From positions 1 through 60,750 of the IMG/VR virus record IMGVR_UViG_3300045988_100865: a stretch of DNA of 60,750 bases; one strand, written 5' to 3'. The notes under the pieces are model-generated. The model made no database searches. It was not told the DNA's origin and saw nothing but the letters and a program-made list of their open reading frames with translations. Below, one piece after another: positions 1-9,484 of the stretch (the first letter of the stretch is position 1; the number at the start of each line of letters is the position of its first letter). The DNA is from a virus. Both the position numbers and the translations under genes were made by a program.

Positions 1-55
1 ATATTGATGGAGCACTACAAGCTCTTGTGAACAGTGTAGCTAATTTTATGGCAGG
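1..55. repeat. 55-nt direct repeat with the window end (1-55 = 60696-60750); circular closure or assembly overlap
   Basis: Both copies read atattgatggagcactacaagctcttgtgaacagtgtagctaattttatggcagg, compared by eye. Confidence 0.95.
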
Positions 56-440
56 TATATATGTTCCTATTCCTAAGTCAGTTGGTGGTAAAGGAAAAGG
101 CAAAGGTGTTAAGAAACAGTTTGGAGGTATTATCCCTGAGTATCACTCTGATGGTGATATTATTGGAGTTAACTGGACACCAAGAGGAACTGATACTGTG
201 CCTACTATGCTTACCCCTGGTGAGTATGTCTTGCGTAAGAAAGCTGTAGAGAGTCTAGGCTTAAACTTCCTGAATAATCTTAACAGTTATGGCAATAAAG
301 CCTTGCAAAGTAGCTCAGGACAGACTATAATTAATAATGTATACAACACAAATAATGCTAAGATCAGTCAAAATATTGACAATAAATCTCAGTACTTAAA
401 TGGGTTGTTTGGAATTGACAGATTGATGAGGTATGTTTAA
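1..440 (+). CDS. tape measure protein, C-terminal end (continues the ORF that runs off the window at 60750)
   Basis: The frame of the open ORF from 56300 maps through the 55-nt overlap onto listed ORF 27..440. Stop TAA at 438-440. Confidence 0.85.
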   Translation, partial: IDGALQALVNSVANFMAGIYVPIPKSVGGKGKGKGVKKQFGGIIPEYHSDGDIIGVNWTPRGTDTVPTMLTPGEYVLRKKAVESLGLNFLNNLNSYGNKALQSSSGQTIINNVYNTNNAKISQNIDNKSQYLNGLFGIDRLMRYV

Positions 441-1549
441 TGTTTAGATGTGATGAAAACTTCACCCAACCTAAACGCTACATCCAATTTAATGACCTTG
501 TGTTCCTTGGTAGAAAATCTATTGATGAGCAGACAGAAAGTATTAGTTTGCGTGAGAATAAAACCTCACGCACTTTTACTAATGGGTCTTATGTTGGTAA
601 CACTAGTAAGATGTCTCTTGTGGACTCTAACACAATCTCATTGCAGATAGCACTTAAGACACATGATTGGTCAGAAGAGCATGTTCAAGCTCATTATGAC
701 TTCATTATGGAGCAATTAATGACACCAGGTAAGCTGTGGGCTGTACAAACAGGTCTACAGCTTGTGTGGTGCAATGCTTATGTCACAAGTATTCAGAATA
801 ACAAACAGTGGGTACTTACAGATGATGATTATCTTGTGTTTAAGGTTGAGTTTGATAACCCAGACGGTGTGTGGTATAAGGCTGATGATGATAAGACATT
901 CTTAGAGCCTTATGATAACTGTGACTTCTTAGATATGAAAGCTAGTTGTTTAGGTAAGTCAAGGCATTGCTGTAATGGACTACCTAACTGTAATAACTAC
1001 TGTGAGTGCTGTGAGAGTGATTGTTGTGAAATGGATGGGATGATTGATCTCTGTACAGCACAGACAAATGTAGAGTTCATGAATGACTTCTTTGAAGAAT
1101 GTAACTCTAAGTGGAGAGTAGTTTATAACTGTTCTAAATGTAAGAAGGATGGTAAAGGTCTTCAATGCATGTACAAGAATGTTATCTGTGATACTTGTGT
1201 AAATGAAGTCTTAAATGGAGAGTTCTTATCTACTACTGTTCTTGATAGTCACAAGTGGAGTATTGCCATTGAGGGAGACTTTAAAGATCCTATTGTAAGG
1301 ATCAATGATATTGACTTCAAGATTCAAGGAGAGTACTCAGGTGTTCTTACAGCTAACTACAAGGGTGAGCTTAAATATGCTAAGTCTTGGGAATGTTTAG
1401 AGTTCAACTATAAGGATATTTCTCTTTCTGTTCTTAGACTATGTGCTGAGTTACCTTATATCAAGAAAGGTCTCAATACTGTGTCAGTAAGTGGTGTAGA
1501 GAGTGATACAGCCTGTATTTATATAGATTATGAGAGTGTAACAGTATGA
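440..1549 (+). CDS. distal-tail (Dit)-position protein with a Cys-dense insertion
   Basis: ATG overlaps the TMP stop (TAATG). It is the first gene after the TMP. Residues 161-253 hold 17 Cys (..CCNGLPNCNNYCECCESDCCEMDG..). The function call rests on position only. Confidence 0.5.
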   Translation: MFRCDENFTQPKRYIQFNDLVFLGRKSIDEQTESISLRENKTSRTFTNGSYVGNTSKMSLVDSNTISLQIALKTHDWSEEHVQAHYDFIMEQLMTPGKLWAVQTGLQLVWCNAYVTSIQNNKQWVLTDDDYLVFKVEFDNPDGVWYKADDDKTFLEPYDNCDFLDMKASCLGKSRHCCNGLPNCNNYCECCESDCCEMDGMIDLCTAQTNVEFMNDFFEECNSKWRVVYNCSKCKKDGKGLQCMYKNVICDTCVNEVLNGEFLSTTVLDSHKWSIAIEGDFKDPIVRINDIDFKIQGEYSGVLTANYKGELKYAKSWECLEFNYKDISLSVLRLCAELPYIKKGLNTVSVSGVESDTACIYIDYESVTV

Positions 1550-2823
1550 TTGGTTATATTATTAATAGTGAGGCATCAGGAAGAAAGTCAGTTATTATAC
1601 CTAAGGATGATTTCTTAAGTGATATTCAGGTACAATATGGCTTAATGGAAGTACCTTCTATCAATTTAACCCTTCCACTAAAGTATAATAAATTACTAAG
1701 TGGTAATTCTCATATCATTATAAAAACTGATGATTGGAAGTATGAAGGGTATGTAGGTGATAAGACCAGTAATTATCTTACAAGCACAGTAGAAGTTAAG
1801 ACATCACATGTGATTGGTAGACTTGGTAAAAGAACCCTTCCTACTAATGTTACTGTGAAGGCAAGATCTGTAGTATCAGCTGTAGAGCAAGCTATGGGAT
1901 ATTGGTCTAATGAAGCACACAAGGATGATCTACTTAATGAGTTCAAGGTCAAATATCTAGATGATTATGCTGAAAAGAACCTAATTGAGTATGAGTTTTC
2001 AAGAGAAACATTCCTTGAATTTCTTACTAAAGTATGTGAGAAGACTACTTCCCTTTATTGGAGAATTAATAGGTATGACCCTTACCTTATTGAATTTGGT
2101 ATCTTTGGGATTAAGAGAGATATCCTAATAAATGAGTATAATTATTTAGTATCACTGGATAATGTATCTGAGAACTATGAAGACACAATCAACATTGCTG
2201 TAGCTATGTCAGATAAGTCAGACTCAGGTGCAAGCTCATTAACGCTTAGAGACATCTTTTACAATCCTAAGTTCATGCTAGAAGGATTCCCTGTGATTAA
2301 GACAGGTAATAAGGTAAACTCACAGCGTTCTTATGACTATCCACAGCTTCCTGTGTTTGCACCTGAAATCATTGGTGATGAATTTGCTATTCTTGATGAA
2401 GAAGGTATTGCTTTAGAAGCAGGAGAGCTTTATTGGGGTACTGTGACTGATAATGATACACAGTCAATAGCAGAAGATAACAAAGAGATTACTGATGCAG
2501 ATAGGCTAAGAGCTACAGAACAGCTCTATAGGACAGCTATTAGACGATTAAAGAACTCTCGTAGGAAAGTTATCTATACCATGACTGTAGAGCCTCTAAA
2601 GAAGCACACAGTGCAAGCTGGTGATAGGGTATTGTTTACCCTTAATGCAGGAGTTTGGGAGCTTACAGCGTGTTCTAAGTACTATGAGAAGGTGCTAAAG
2701 GAGAGTAACTGGTTCTTTGTGACTAAGATTACTGATCTATACCAAGTAGGAAGCTCTCATGTACAGCAATTAGAGTTGTCTAAGTATTTGTACAGTGATA
2801 GAGACATCATTGTGAATCAATAG
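1546..2823 (+). CDS. tail-associated / baseplate (Tal-position) protein
   Basis: ATGA overlap with the upstream gene. Second gene after the TMP, 425 aa. Position-based call. Confidence 0.45.
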   Translation: MIGYIINSEASGRKSVIIPKDDFLSDIQVQYGLMEVPSINLTLPLKYNKLLSGNSHIIIKTDDWKYEGYVGDKTSNYLTSTVEVKTSHVIGRLGKRTLPTNVTVKARSVVSAVEQAMGYWSNEAHKDDLLNEFKVKYLDDYAEKNLIEYEFSRETFLEFLTKVCEKTTSLYWRINRYDPYLIEFGIFGIKRDILINEYNYLVSLDNVSENYEDTINIAVAMSDKSDSGASSLTLRDIFYNPKFMLEGFPVIKTGNKVNSQRSYDYPQLPVFAPEIIGDEFAILDEEGIALEAGELYWGTVTDNDTQSIAEDNKEITDADRLRATEQLYRTAIRRLKNSRRKVIYTMTVEPLKKHTVQAGDRVLFTLNAGVWELTACSKYYEKVLKESNWFFVTKITDLYQVGSSHVQQLELSKYLYSDRDIIVNQ

Positions 2824-2831
2824 GAGGAGAG

Positions 2832-4073
2832 ATGGTAGATTATCTAAATAAATTAGTAAATACTGTTAGTAGAACTAAGTCTAGGGTAATACAACAATCA
2901 AAACAGCGTAGAGGAGGGGTAACTGACCTCTATGCTCTTGACTATGTTGACTCTCTTTCTACTGCTTCCTCCTGTGCTCCTTATTCAGATGATAGTATTG
3001 AAGGTTCAGAGAGTGATGATATTGAAACAAGAGTGAAAACATTTGTTAGATCTATCAAGAAAGAGATCCCTGAAGCTAAAGCACAAGGTGTTTCAGCTAT
3101 CATTGGTTATTTTGTGAGAGAGTCTAATGTAACTGCTAGAAGATATGAAGCTGACTATGCTACAGGTAAGCAATATGACAAGATGGCACAAGAACCTACA
3201 GCAGAAAACCTCTTAGGTTCTTGGCAAGCTTTTGCAAGTCTCTACAAATACCCACTTAATGAACCTGGATATAACGTAGGTGGTAAGCACTGGATTGGTC
3301 TAGGATTAGGTCAGTGGACAGGCCCAAGAGCTAAAGCACTCTATGAGTTTGCTAGAGCTAGAAACAGTAATATCTTTACCTTTAACACACAAGTAGCCTT
3401 CATGATGAGTGAAGAGACATTGAAGAATGTAGTTAAGGAAGTTGCTTCTAGTGATGGGGATATTGCACAGCTTACAGCACGTTTCCTTAAAGACTGGGGA
3501 GGTGTTGAAGGAAATGCCTTACAAGAGCGTATTGATGGAGCTAATAAATACTTTGAAGTTGTTAAAAAGGCTCTTGAAAGCAAGGATGAATCACCTAAAG
3601 AGAAGAATGATTCTAAAGGTGAGACTGTTGTGATTGATAGATCCAAAGGATCAGCACAGTTTAGAGTTCTTGTGCCTAGTGACTTAGACAGATTTCAAAG
3701 ATGGTTCTTGAAGTTCATTGTGAAGATGGATGTATCTAATTGTGAGGACAAAAAAGCTGTTCCACTATCAGATGTTCACTTAGTTGTTAGTGCTAAGAAT
3801 GAAGCTACAGGAGAAGATTCTGAAATTGAGCTGACTGAGATCTTTAGAAGACAATGGGGTTGTAATTGGATTGGTGATGATTCTAGTGGTGAAGGTATCT
3901 TCCCTAATAGTAACCCAATGGAAGGTTATGACTTAATGTATTCTGCATGGTATTTGAATGATTCACAGAGAAGTGCTTTGTTCAGTGCAGGTGAAAAGAT
4001 CTTTACTGTGTATGCATTAGGGGAAGCACAGATTACACTAAGAAACTTCCTCAAATTCAGTCACATCAACTAG
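2832..4073 (+). CDS. virion-associated peptidoglycan hydrolase (phage tail lysozyme-like)
   Basis: RBS GGAGGAG lies upstream. The motif HWIGLGLGQWTGPRAKALYEFARARN resembles the phage tail lysozyme family signature (G-L-G-x-x-Q-W-T). Confidence 0.6.
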   Translation: MVDYLNKLVNTVSRTKSRVIQQSKQRRGGVTDLYALDYVDSLSTASSCAPYSDDSIEGSESDDIETRVKTFVRSIKKEIPEAKAQGVSAIIGYFVRESNVTARRYEADYATGKQYDKMAQEPTAENLLGSWQAFASLYKYPLNEPGYNVGGKHWIGLGLGQWTGPRAKALYEFARARNSNIFTFNTQVAFMMSEETLKNVVKEVASSDGDIAQLTARFLKDWGGVEGNALQERIDGANKYFEVVKKALESKDESPKEKNDSKGETVVIDRSKGSAQFRVLVPSDLDRFQRWFLKFIVKMDVSNCEDKKAVPLSDVHLVVSAKNEATGEDSEIELTEIFRRQWGCNWIGDDSSGEGIFPNSNPMEGYDLMYSAWYLNDSQRSALFSAGEKIFTVYALGEAQITLRNFLKFSHIN

Positions 4074-4081
4074 GAGAACTA

Positions 4082-4300
4082 ATGAACATTATAGTAACAA
4101 GGCTATATAATAAATACAAGAATAAGCTAAACCAGCTCCACAGCATGGAAGCTAAACAGTTTAAACTTGAAGCACACTTAGAAACTCACCCTACTGATTA
4201 TCAATCTGTGATCCAAAATGAGATCCTTAAGAGTGATATTCAGAGGGTAGAGTATGCTTTAAAAGAAATTGAAAGGAAGATGGAGTACTATGGAGAATAA
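4082..4300 (+). CDS. hypothetical protein (72 aa)
   Basis: Listed ORF with RBS AGGAGAAC upstream, co-oriented in the tail module. Confidence 0.5.
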   Translation: MNIIVTRLYNKYKNKLNQLHSMEAKQFKLEAHLETHPTDYQSVIQNEILKSDIQRVEYALKEIERKMEYYGE

Positions 4301-4301
4301 A

Positions 4302-4568
4302 ATGTTTCTCGTGAAACGTATGAGAGATAGAATTTTGGTCGAATCTGCTGTTGAGCATTTCTTTAAACAGGTTTATAAGAATCATGACTATGGAGGTGCA
4401 AGAGAGTGGATGGACAATGATTATCTTGAGCTTACACTAGAAAAATATTCTATTTTCTGTAGGAAAAAAGATAACATTATTACTCTTGATAATGAAGAGT
4501 TCTACTATGATCTCTCCTACATAACAGGGTTGTGTTCAAGTTTACTGAAGGATAAGATTGAGGTATAA
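4302..4568 (+). CDS. hypothetical protein
   Basis: Listed ORF 4269..4568. In-frame ATGs at 4290 and 4302 sit next to the upstream stop, so the exact start is uncertain. Confidence 0.5.
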   Translation: MFLVKRMRDRILVESAVEHFFKQVYKNHDYGGAREWMDNDYLELTLEKYSIFCRKKDNIITLDNEEFYYDLSYITGLCSSLLKDKIEV

Positions 4569-4573
4569 TTGAT

Positions 4574-5629
4574 ATGACAAATGCTTACCAAGTTGCACAG
4601 CGAGTAGTAGGTCAATCCATTGATGTTGATGGATTTCCTGCATTTCAACCTTATCAATGTGTTGACCTTGTTAACTGGGTTGCTCAACAATTTGGTGGAA
4701 GACTGAAGGGTAATGGTAACCAAATTGGTATAGCTAATGATGTCAGTAGCTTTGCTGATGTTATCCCTTACTCTAATGAGTCACAATTACAAGTGGGTGA
4801 TATTATCTCTACTAATGAACCAGCATCTTCTTATGGACACACACTTGTGTATGGTGGAGGTGGAGTGAATAATGCTAGAGTTATTGAGCAAAACTTCAAT
4901 GGTATCACTCATGTTATTGAGCACACAAGAAGCATTACAGGATATGGATCCACTATTCTTAGGATTGTAAGAATTAGAGGACAAGATAACTATACTCCTG
5001 ATGGATCTAGTGGTACTAATGCTAGTAGCTCTAAGAAGAGTGGTGGAGTACAAAGAACTTTCTATGAGATTGTTGTCGATAAGGTAGAAGGTATTAAAGG
5101 TAATGGTGACAATACTGTGCTAGATACCTTCTATAAATGTAACAAGATAACAGGTAGGATTAATGGTGAATGGCTTATTTATGATAAGTATAATGGTACT
5201 GTAGGATACTTACCTAAGTCTGCTGTGAAAGAGAAGACTGAGTACTCCAAGCAAGATAAAGAGCCTAAAAAGAAAGAAGTTGAGAAGGCTAATGGCTATG
5301 ACAAGTTCTCTGATAAGACTAGTGATGGTTTAGATCAGTCAGGTACTCAACAAATTTATACTTTGGCTCAATTTATATCACTAGGTAGAGTAGAATACAG
5401 TGGTTATGAATGGACATATTCATCAGGTAATAGCTTTCCTACTAGTGTAAATGTAAATAAGAGCTATAATGCTTATGGCTTCCTTTCAGACCAAGATGGT
5501 TATATTATCCTTTCTGTGCCTTCTTCTTGGGGTGATGTGAAGGGTAGACTATATGATACTCCTTTTGGTTTTAAAGGTAAAGCTTACTTAACAAATGAGA
5601 AAACATCTATTGATGTTTATGTAAGATAG
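4574..5629 (+). CDS. virion-associated CHAP-domain peptidoglycan hydrolase
   Basis: The N-terminal ..[13 protein letters not shown].. (Cys) and ..[10 protein letters not shown].. (His) spacing is typical of CHAP amidase/endopeptidase domains. The gene lies in the tail module, away from the holin. Confidence 0.7.
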   Translation: MTNAYQVAQRVVGQSIDVDGFPAFQPYQCVDLVNWVAQQFGGRLKGNGNQIGIANDVSSFADVIPYSNESQLQVGDIISTNEPASSYGHTLVYGGGGVNNARVIEQNFNGITHVIEHTRSITGYGSTILRIVRIRGQDNYTPDGSSGTNASSSKKSGGVQRTFYEIVVDKVEGIKGNGDNTVLDTFYKCNKITGRINGEWLIYDKYNGTVGYLPKSAVKEKTEYSKQDKEPKKKEVEKANGYDKFSDKTSDGLDQSGTQQIYTLAQFISLGRVEYSGYEWTYSSGNSFPTSVNVNKSYNAYGFLSDQDGYIILSVPSSWGDVKGRLYDTPFGFKGKAYLTNEKTSIDVYVR

Positions 5630-5637
5630 GAGAATAC

Positions 5638-7419
5638 ATGGCTTATAAATTAGCTGAAGAGGATAAGCTCTGTGGAGTTATCTATCCAACTTATGAGGGT
5701 TTTAGCCCTATTCCTAAAGTCACCTGTGATATGTTAGAATCTAAGTGTGACCAAACAATTATTGTTAAATGTGGAGATAAAACAGAAGAAGATAAGAAAG
5801 ATCCTGAATCACAAAGTGGAAGTGCTTCTGCATCTGTTTCTGAAAGCACTTCAATGTCGACTAGTACATCAATGTCAACTAGTGATTCTGCATCTCAATC
5901 AGAGTCTAAGAGTGAATCTACAAGTAATAGTGTAAGTTCAAGTGAATCTACATCAGTAAGTGATTCAGCTAGTGTTAGTGAGTCTACATCTTATTCTGTT
6001 AGTGCTTCACAATCTACTAGTGATTCAACTTCACAATCTGACAGTACATCTGTATCAGAAAGTGAAAGTACTACAACTTCACAATCAAATAGTACTAGTG
6101 AATCTACTTCTCAATCAAGTTCCGTAAGTACAAGTGATTCTACATCTCAGTCAACTAGTGAATCTACTAGTGCTAGTGAGTCAAATTTAACAAGTAATAG
6201 TTCTTCAGAATCACAATCTGCTTCAGAAAGTACTTCAATTACAGAAAGCACAAGCAACTCTGAAAGTAAATCAGAATCTACTAGTGTGAGTGAATCTAAA
6301 TCAGTTAGTGATAGTGCTTCTGGCTCTCAATCTATTAGCAACTCTACTTCTGTGAGTGATAGTGTTTCAACTTCAGAATCTACTTCACAAAGTACAAGCA
6401 ATTCTGTGTCTAACTCAGAAAGCAAGTCAGAATCAACTAGTATGAGTAATTCAGCAAGTACAAGTACTTCATCATCAAGTGAGTCTAAGTCTGATAGTGC
6501 TTCTAACAGTGAATCTAAATCAGATAGTACTTTATTAAGTCAATCTGAATCTAAATCAGATAGTACATCTAATTCACAATCTGATAGTGCAAGTACATCT
6601 GATTCTACTTCAACTAGCACATCTGTGTCAGATAGTCAGTCTGAATCTAAGAGTAATTCAACCAGTACATCAGCAAGTGATTCTACTTCTGTAAGTACAT
6701 CAACTTCTACTAGTACAAGCACTTCTGATTCTATGAGCACTAGTACATCTAATAGTACATCACAATCAATGAGTACTTCAACCTCAGAGTCAGTTAGTAC
6801 TTCAGAATCTACTACAAGTATTAGTAACTCACAAAGTGAAAGTAATCTTGTTTCAACTAGCGAGTCTAAATCTGAAAGCATCTCTGCAAGTGGGTCTACT
6901 AGCTTAAGTAACTCTACATCTACAAGTAATAGTGTAACTACTTCATTAAGCACTACAGAGGCTTTAAGTGAATCAGAATTAGCTTCTGCTTCCTTATCAG
7001 AGTTATCATCTGAAGAATTTATTGCTCATTCTAATGAAATCAATACTATTAATGATAACCTTAGAGGAGCAACTGAAATATTAAATACTATGTTATATGG
7101 TAATATTTATGTACGTAGAGGAAATCCTTATACACCTATGTATCTTAAGGAAACTGTTTTAAACTATTTAGCTTTATCTTCTTATAGTAATAATGAAAGT
7201 AAGAGATACCTTAGTGAAAACTTAACAGTTAATGATGTACATATTGATCCTAAGTATAAGATGGATAGTGGACATGAACCTCAACAAGTACCATTAGTGT
7301 TTGATATTACACTTCCTTGGGGAGGTAAGAGAACCTTGGTAGTACCTACTAATGTTATCTATATGGATGAAGATATTGAGAAACCTGAACCTAATCCATA
7401 TATAGAAGGTCATACTTAA
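5638..7419 (+). CDS. serine-rich repeat fibre-like protein
   Basis: 593 aa. About 420 central residues are S-x-S-x repeats (SESTS, SDSAS, SKSES), flanked by non-repetitive N- and C-terminal domains. Confidence 0.75.
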   Translation: MAYKLAEEDKLCGVIYPTYEGFSPIPKVTCDMLESKCDQTIIVKCGDKTEEDKKDPESQSGSASASVSESTSMSTSTSMSTSDSASQSESKSESTSNSVSSSESTSVSDSASVSESTSYSVSASQSTSDSTSQSDSTSVSESESTTTSQSNSTSESTSQSSSVSTSDSTSQSTSESTSASESNLTSNSSSESQSASESTSITESTSNSESKSESTSVSESKSVSDSASGSQSISNSTSVSDSVSTSESTSQSTSNSVSNSESKSESTSMSNSASTSTSSSSESKSDSASNSESKSDSTLLSQSESKSDSTSNSQSDSASTSDSTSTSTSVSDSQSESKSNSTSTSASDSTSVSTSTSTSTSTSDSMSTSTSNSTSQSMSTSTSESVSTSESTTSISNSQSESNLVSTSESKSESISASGSTSLSNSTSTSNSVTTSLSTTEALSESELASASLSELSSEEFIAHSNEINTINDNLRGATEILNTMLYGNIYVRRGNPYTPMYLKETVLNYLALSSYSNNESKRYLSENLTVNDVHIDPKYKMDSGHEPQQVPLVFDITLPWGGKRTLVVPTNVIYMDEDIEKPEPNPYIEGHT

Positions 7420-7452
7420 GCTGAACCTACTCCAGCTGAACCTGATAAGATA

Positions 7453-7830
7453 TTGAGGGATAAAAGAGCTGTTAGATTGGCAGATAAATTGGGAGCCTTT
7501 GACTACAATTATGGTATAGTCGCAACTGATGGTGATAAAATTAGTTATATTAAGGATAAGGATGGAAGATATGTTACTAAAGATACTTTTAACTCCTATG
7601 TAAATACCCCTGAATTTATTAGTAACTTAGAGAACTACTTAAATAATGGTGCTACAGATGAATATAAACTTAAAGTAACAAAGGTAAATGGGTTTATAAA
7701 TGGTACTGATGGTAGTTTTTATCATGGTGATGAGTCTATCTTTAGTGTAGGTATTAGGGTACAGTATCCTGATGGAGATATAGGTTCTCATGTAATTTAT
7801 TTACATTCAGTATGGATTGATACCATATAG
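7453..7830 (+). CDS. hypothetical protein; same frame as the serine-rich gene, separated from it by one TAA
   Basis: The listed ORF starts at TTG with no SD upstream. 7420-7452 is open in the same frame (AEPTPAEPDKI). Confidence 0.45.
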   Translation: MRDKRAVRLADKLGAFDYNYGIVATDGDKISYIKDKDGRYVTKDTFNSYVNTPEFISNLENYLNNGATDEYKLKVTKVNGFINGTDGSFYHGDESIFSVGIRVQYPDGDIGSHVIYLHSVWIDTI

Positions 7831-7838
7831 GAGGTAAT

Positions 7839-8180
7839 ATGGATCACATTATTATTAGAATACTAGACGACCAAACAGTAATCTCAAGTATCACACTTGT
7901 GATCACTACAGCCTGTGGTTTAGGTGTTGCTTGGTTGAATAGTAAGAGAAAACAATTGGTAGAGTTATCTAAAGGTGCTAAGAGGGCTAGTCTTAGATCT
8001 GAGTACCTTAATATCTATAACTCTACAGAGTTCACATGGCAAGAGAAGTGGGATATGACTGAACCACTTGTGAAGGAGTACTTTGAAGAGCTAAATGGTA
8101 ATCATTACATTCATGGATTGAATGAGAAGATGAGAAAACATGTAGAAGAGGAAAAGGCAATTGGTAAAGATAGTAATTGA
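7839..8180 (+). CDS. membrane protein (one N-terminal TM helix)
   Basis: RBS GGAGG upstream. Hydrophobic stretch VISSITLVITTACGLGVAWL. Confidence 0.55.
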   Translation: MDHIIIRILDDQTVISSITLVITTACGLGVAWLNSKRKQLVELSKGAKRASLRSEYLNIYNSTEFTWQEKWDMTEPLVKEYFEELNGNHYIHGLNEKMRKHVEEEKAIGKDSN

Positions 8181-9264
8181 TAAGAGCTGTTTAACCAACA
8201 AAGGTGAAAGTACTTATGATGATACAGAAGTACTTAACAGACTCAAAGCCTTAGAAAATAGAACAGACAACTTTGTGAAAGAAGTTACTGTGTCTAGAGA
8301 TGGTAGTAAAGTTAAACTTACTTACACTAGAGTTGATGGATCATCTAGTGAAGTAGAGTTTGAGGATAAGGATACTATATCTGTTGCTTATGATGATACA
8401 GCTCTTAAGGAAAGAGTTCAAGCATTAGAAGCAAAAGAAGACAAGGACACAGTGTATGATGACAGTGCTTTAAAGACTAGAGTAGAGGCTCTAGAGAATA
8501 AGCCTGACAAAGATACTGTGTATGATGATACAGAGCTTAAAGCAAAAGTAACAGCCCTTGAGAGCAAAGTAGATAATGATACTATTTATGATGATAGTGC
8601 ATTAAAGGCTAGGGTTACAGCACTAGAGGCTAAAGAGGATAGTGATAAACAAACACTTAACCTCACAGGAGACGAGTTATCTATTTCTAATGGAAATTCT
8701 GTGACTCTACCAGTAGGTGTAGGTAAAGAGTTTGTAGTAACTAGTGATACTGAAGGAGTTGTAGTTACTAAAACTGAAGAAGGTAACACAGTAACACACA
8801 ATGTAAATCTAGATGGTGCTTTAGAGAAGTATTACAAGAAAGCTGAGACTTACACAAAGAAAGAAGTGGATAGCCTATTAGGGGAACAGGAAGAAAAGGC
8901 AACTGATCTTACTGTGTATAAAGGTACTTTCACAGATAGAAATAGAGTAAGAGAAGGTGATTATGACACACCAGTATCACCTAGGGTTACCCTTACTTAC
9001 TCAAGCTCTACTGGTGTAGGTATCTTCAAGATCGACTTTAAGGTAATGTCAAAGGTTGGATGGAGAGATGTTATTGCAAAACTACCTCCTGAAGCTCCTG
9101 TTCCTGCTGAACTAATTGAGACTCAGGTTTGGATTGGTAATAACTTTACCTCTGTATGGATCAATAAGAACTCTAGAGATGTTCAGATCTTTGGTGTATC
9201 TGATCCTAATTTGTTTAATAAACGTATCATTATATCAATTCCAGGTATCTTTAAGAAAGCATAA
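8161..9264 (+). CDS. tail fibre-like protein with tandem YDD-x-LK-x-RV-x-ALE repeats
   Basis: Four tandem ~19-aa repeats (KDTVYDDSALKTRVEALENKPD-like). The N-terminal ~90 aa are homologous to residues 71-160 of ORF 13546..15192. TTG start follows GAGGA. Confidence 0.6.
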   Translation: MVKIVIDKSCLTNKGESTYDDTEVLNRLKALENRTDNFVKEVTVSRDGSKVKLTYTRVDGSSSEVEFEDKDTISVAYDDTALKERVQALEAKEDKDTVYDDSALKTRVEALENKPDKDTVYDDTELKAKVTALESKVDNDTIYDDSALKARVTALEAKEDSDKQTLNLTGDELSISNGNSVTLPVGVGKEFVVTSDTEGVVVTKTEEGNTVTHNVNLDGALEKYYKKAETYTKKEVDSLLGEQEEKATDLTVYKGTFTDRNRVREGDYDTPVSPRVTLTYSSSTGVGIFKIDFKVMSKVGWRDVIAKLPPEAPVPAELIETQVWIGNNFTSVWINKNSRDVQIFGVSDPNLFNKRIIISIPGIFKKA

Positions 9265-9278
9265 TAAGGAGGAAACTT

Positions 9279-9482
9279 ATGTTAACAAATAAACAATATG
9301 ACTTGTATAAAAAACTTGTGACTGTAGTTGCACCAGCCTTAATCACTTTGATTACAGGTTTAGGGGCATTATACAAGTTTGACTCTACTGCTATCACAGG
9401 TACTCTAGCATTGCTTACCACATTTGCTGGTACCGTGCTAGGTATCTCAAGCAAGAAATATAATGAAAACTCAGGTGAATAG
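9279..9482 (+). CDS. holin (two TM helices)
   Basis: 67 aa with two hydrophobic helices and a charged C-terminus. RBS AAGGAGG upstream. Sits immediately upstream of the endolysin. Confidence 0.75.
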   Translation: MLTNKQYDLYKKLVTVVAPALITLITGLGALYKFDSTAITGTLALLTTFAGTVLGISSKKYNENSGE

Positions 9483-9484
9483 TT

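Noticed and set aside
6636-6953. Antisense and alternative-frame ORFs inside the serine-rich repeat gene (6636..6953 -, 5747..5935 +).
   Set aside because: They are products of the repetitive AGT/TCA-rich sequence read in other frames, giving Leu/Val/Asp/Glu-only translations. They lack an SD and lie wholly inside a better-supported gene.
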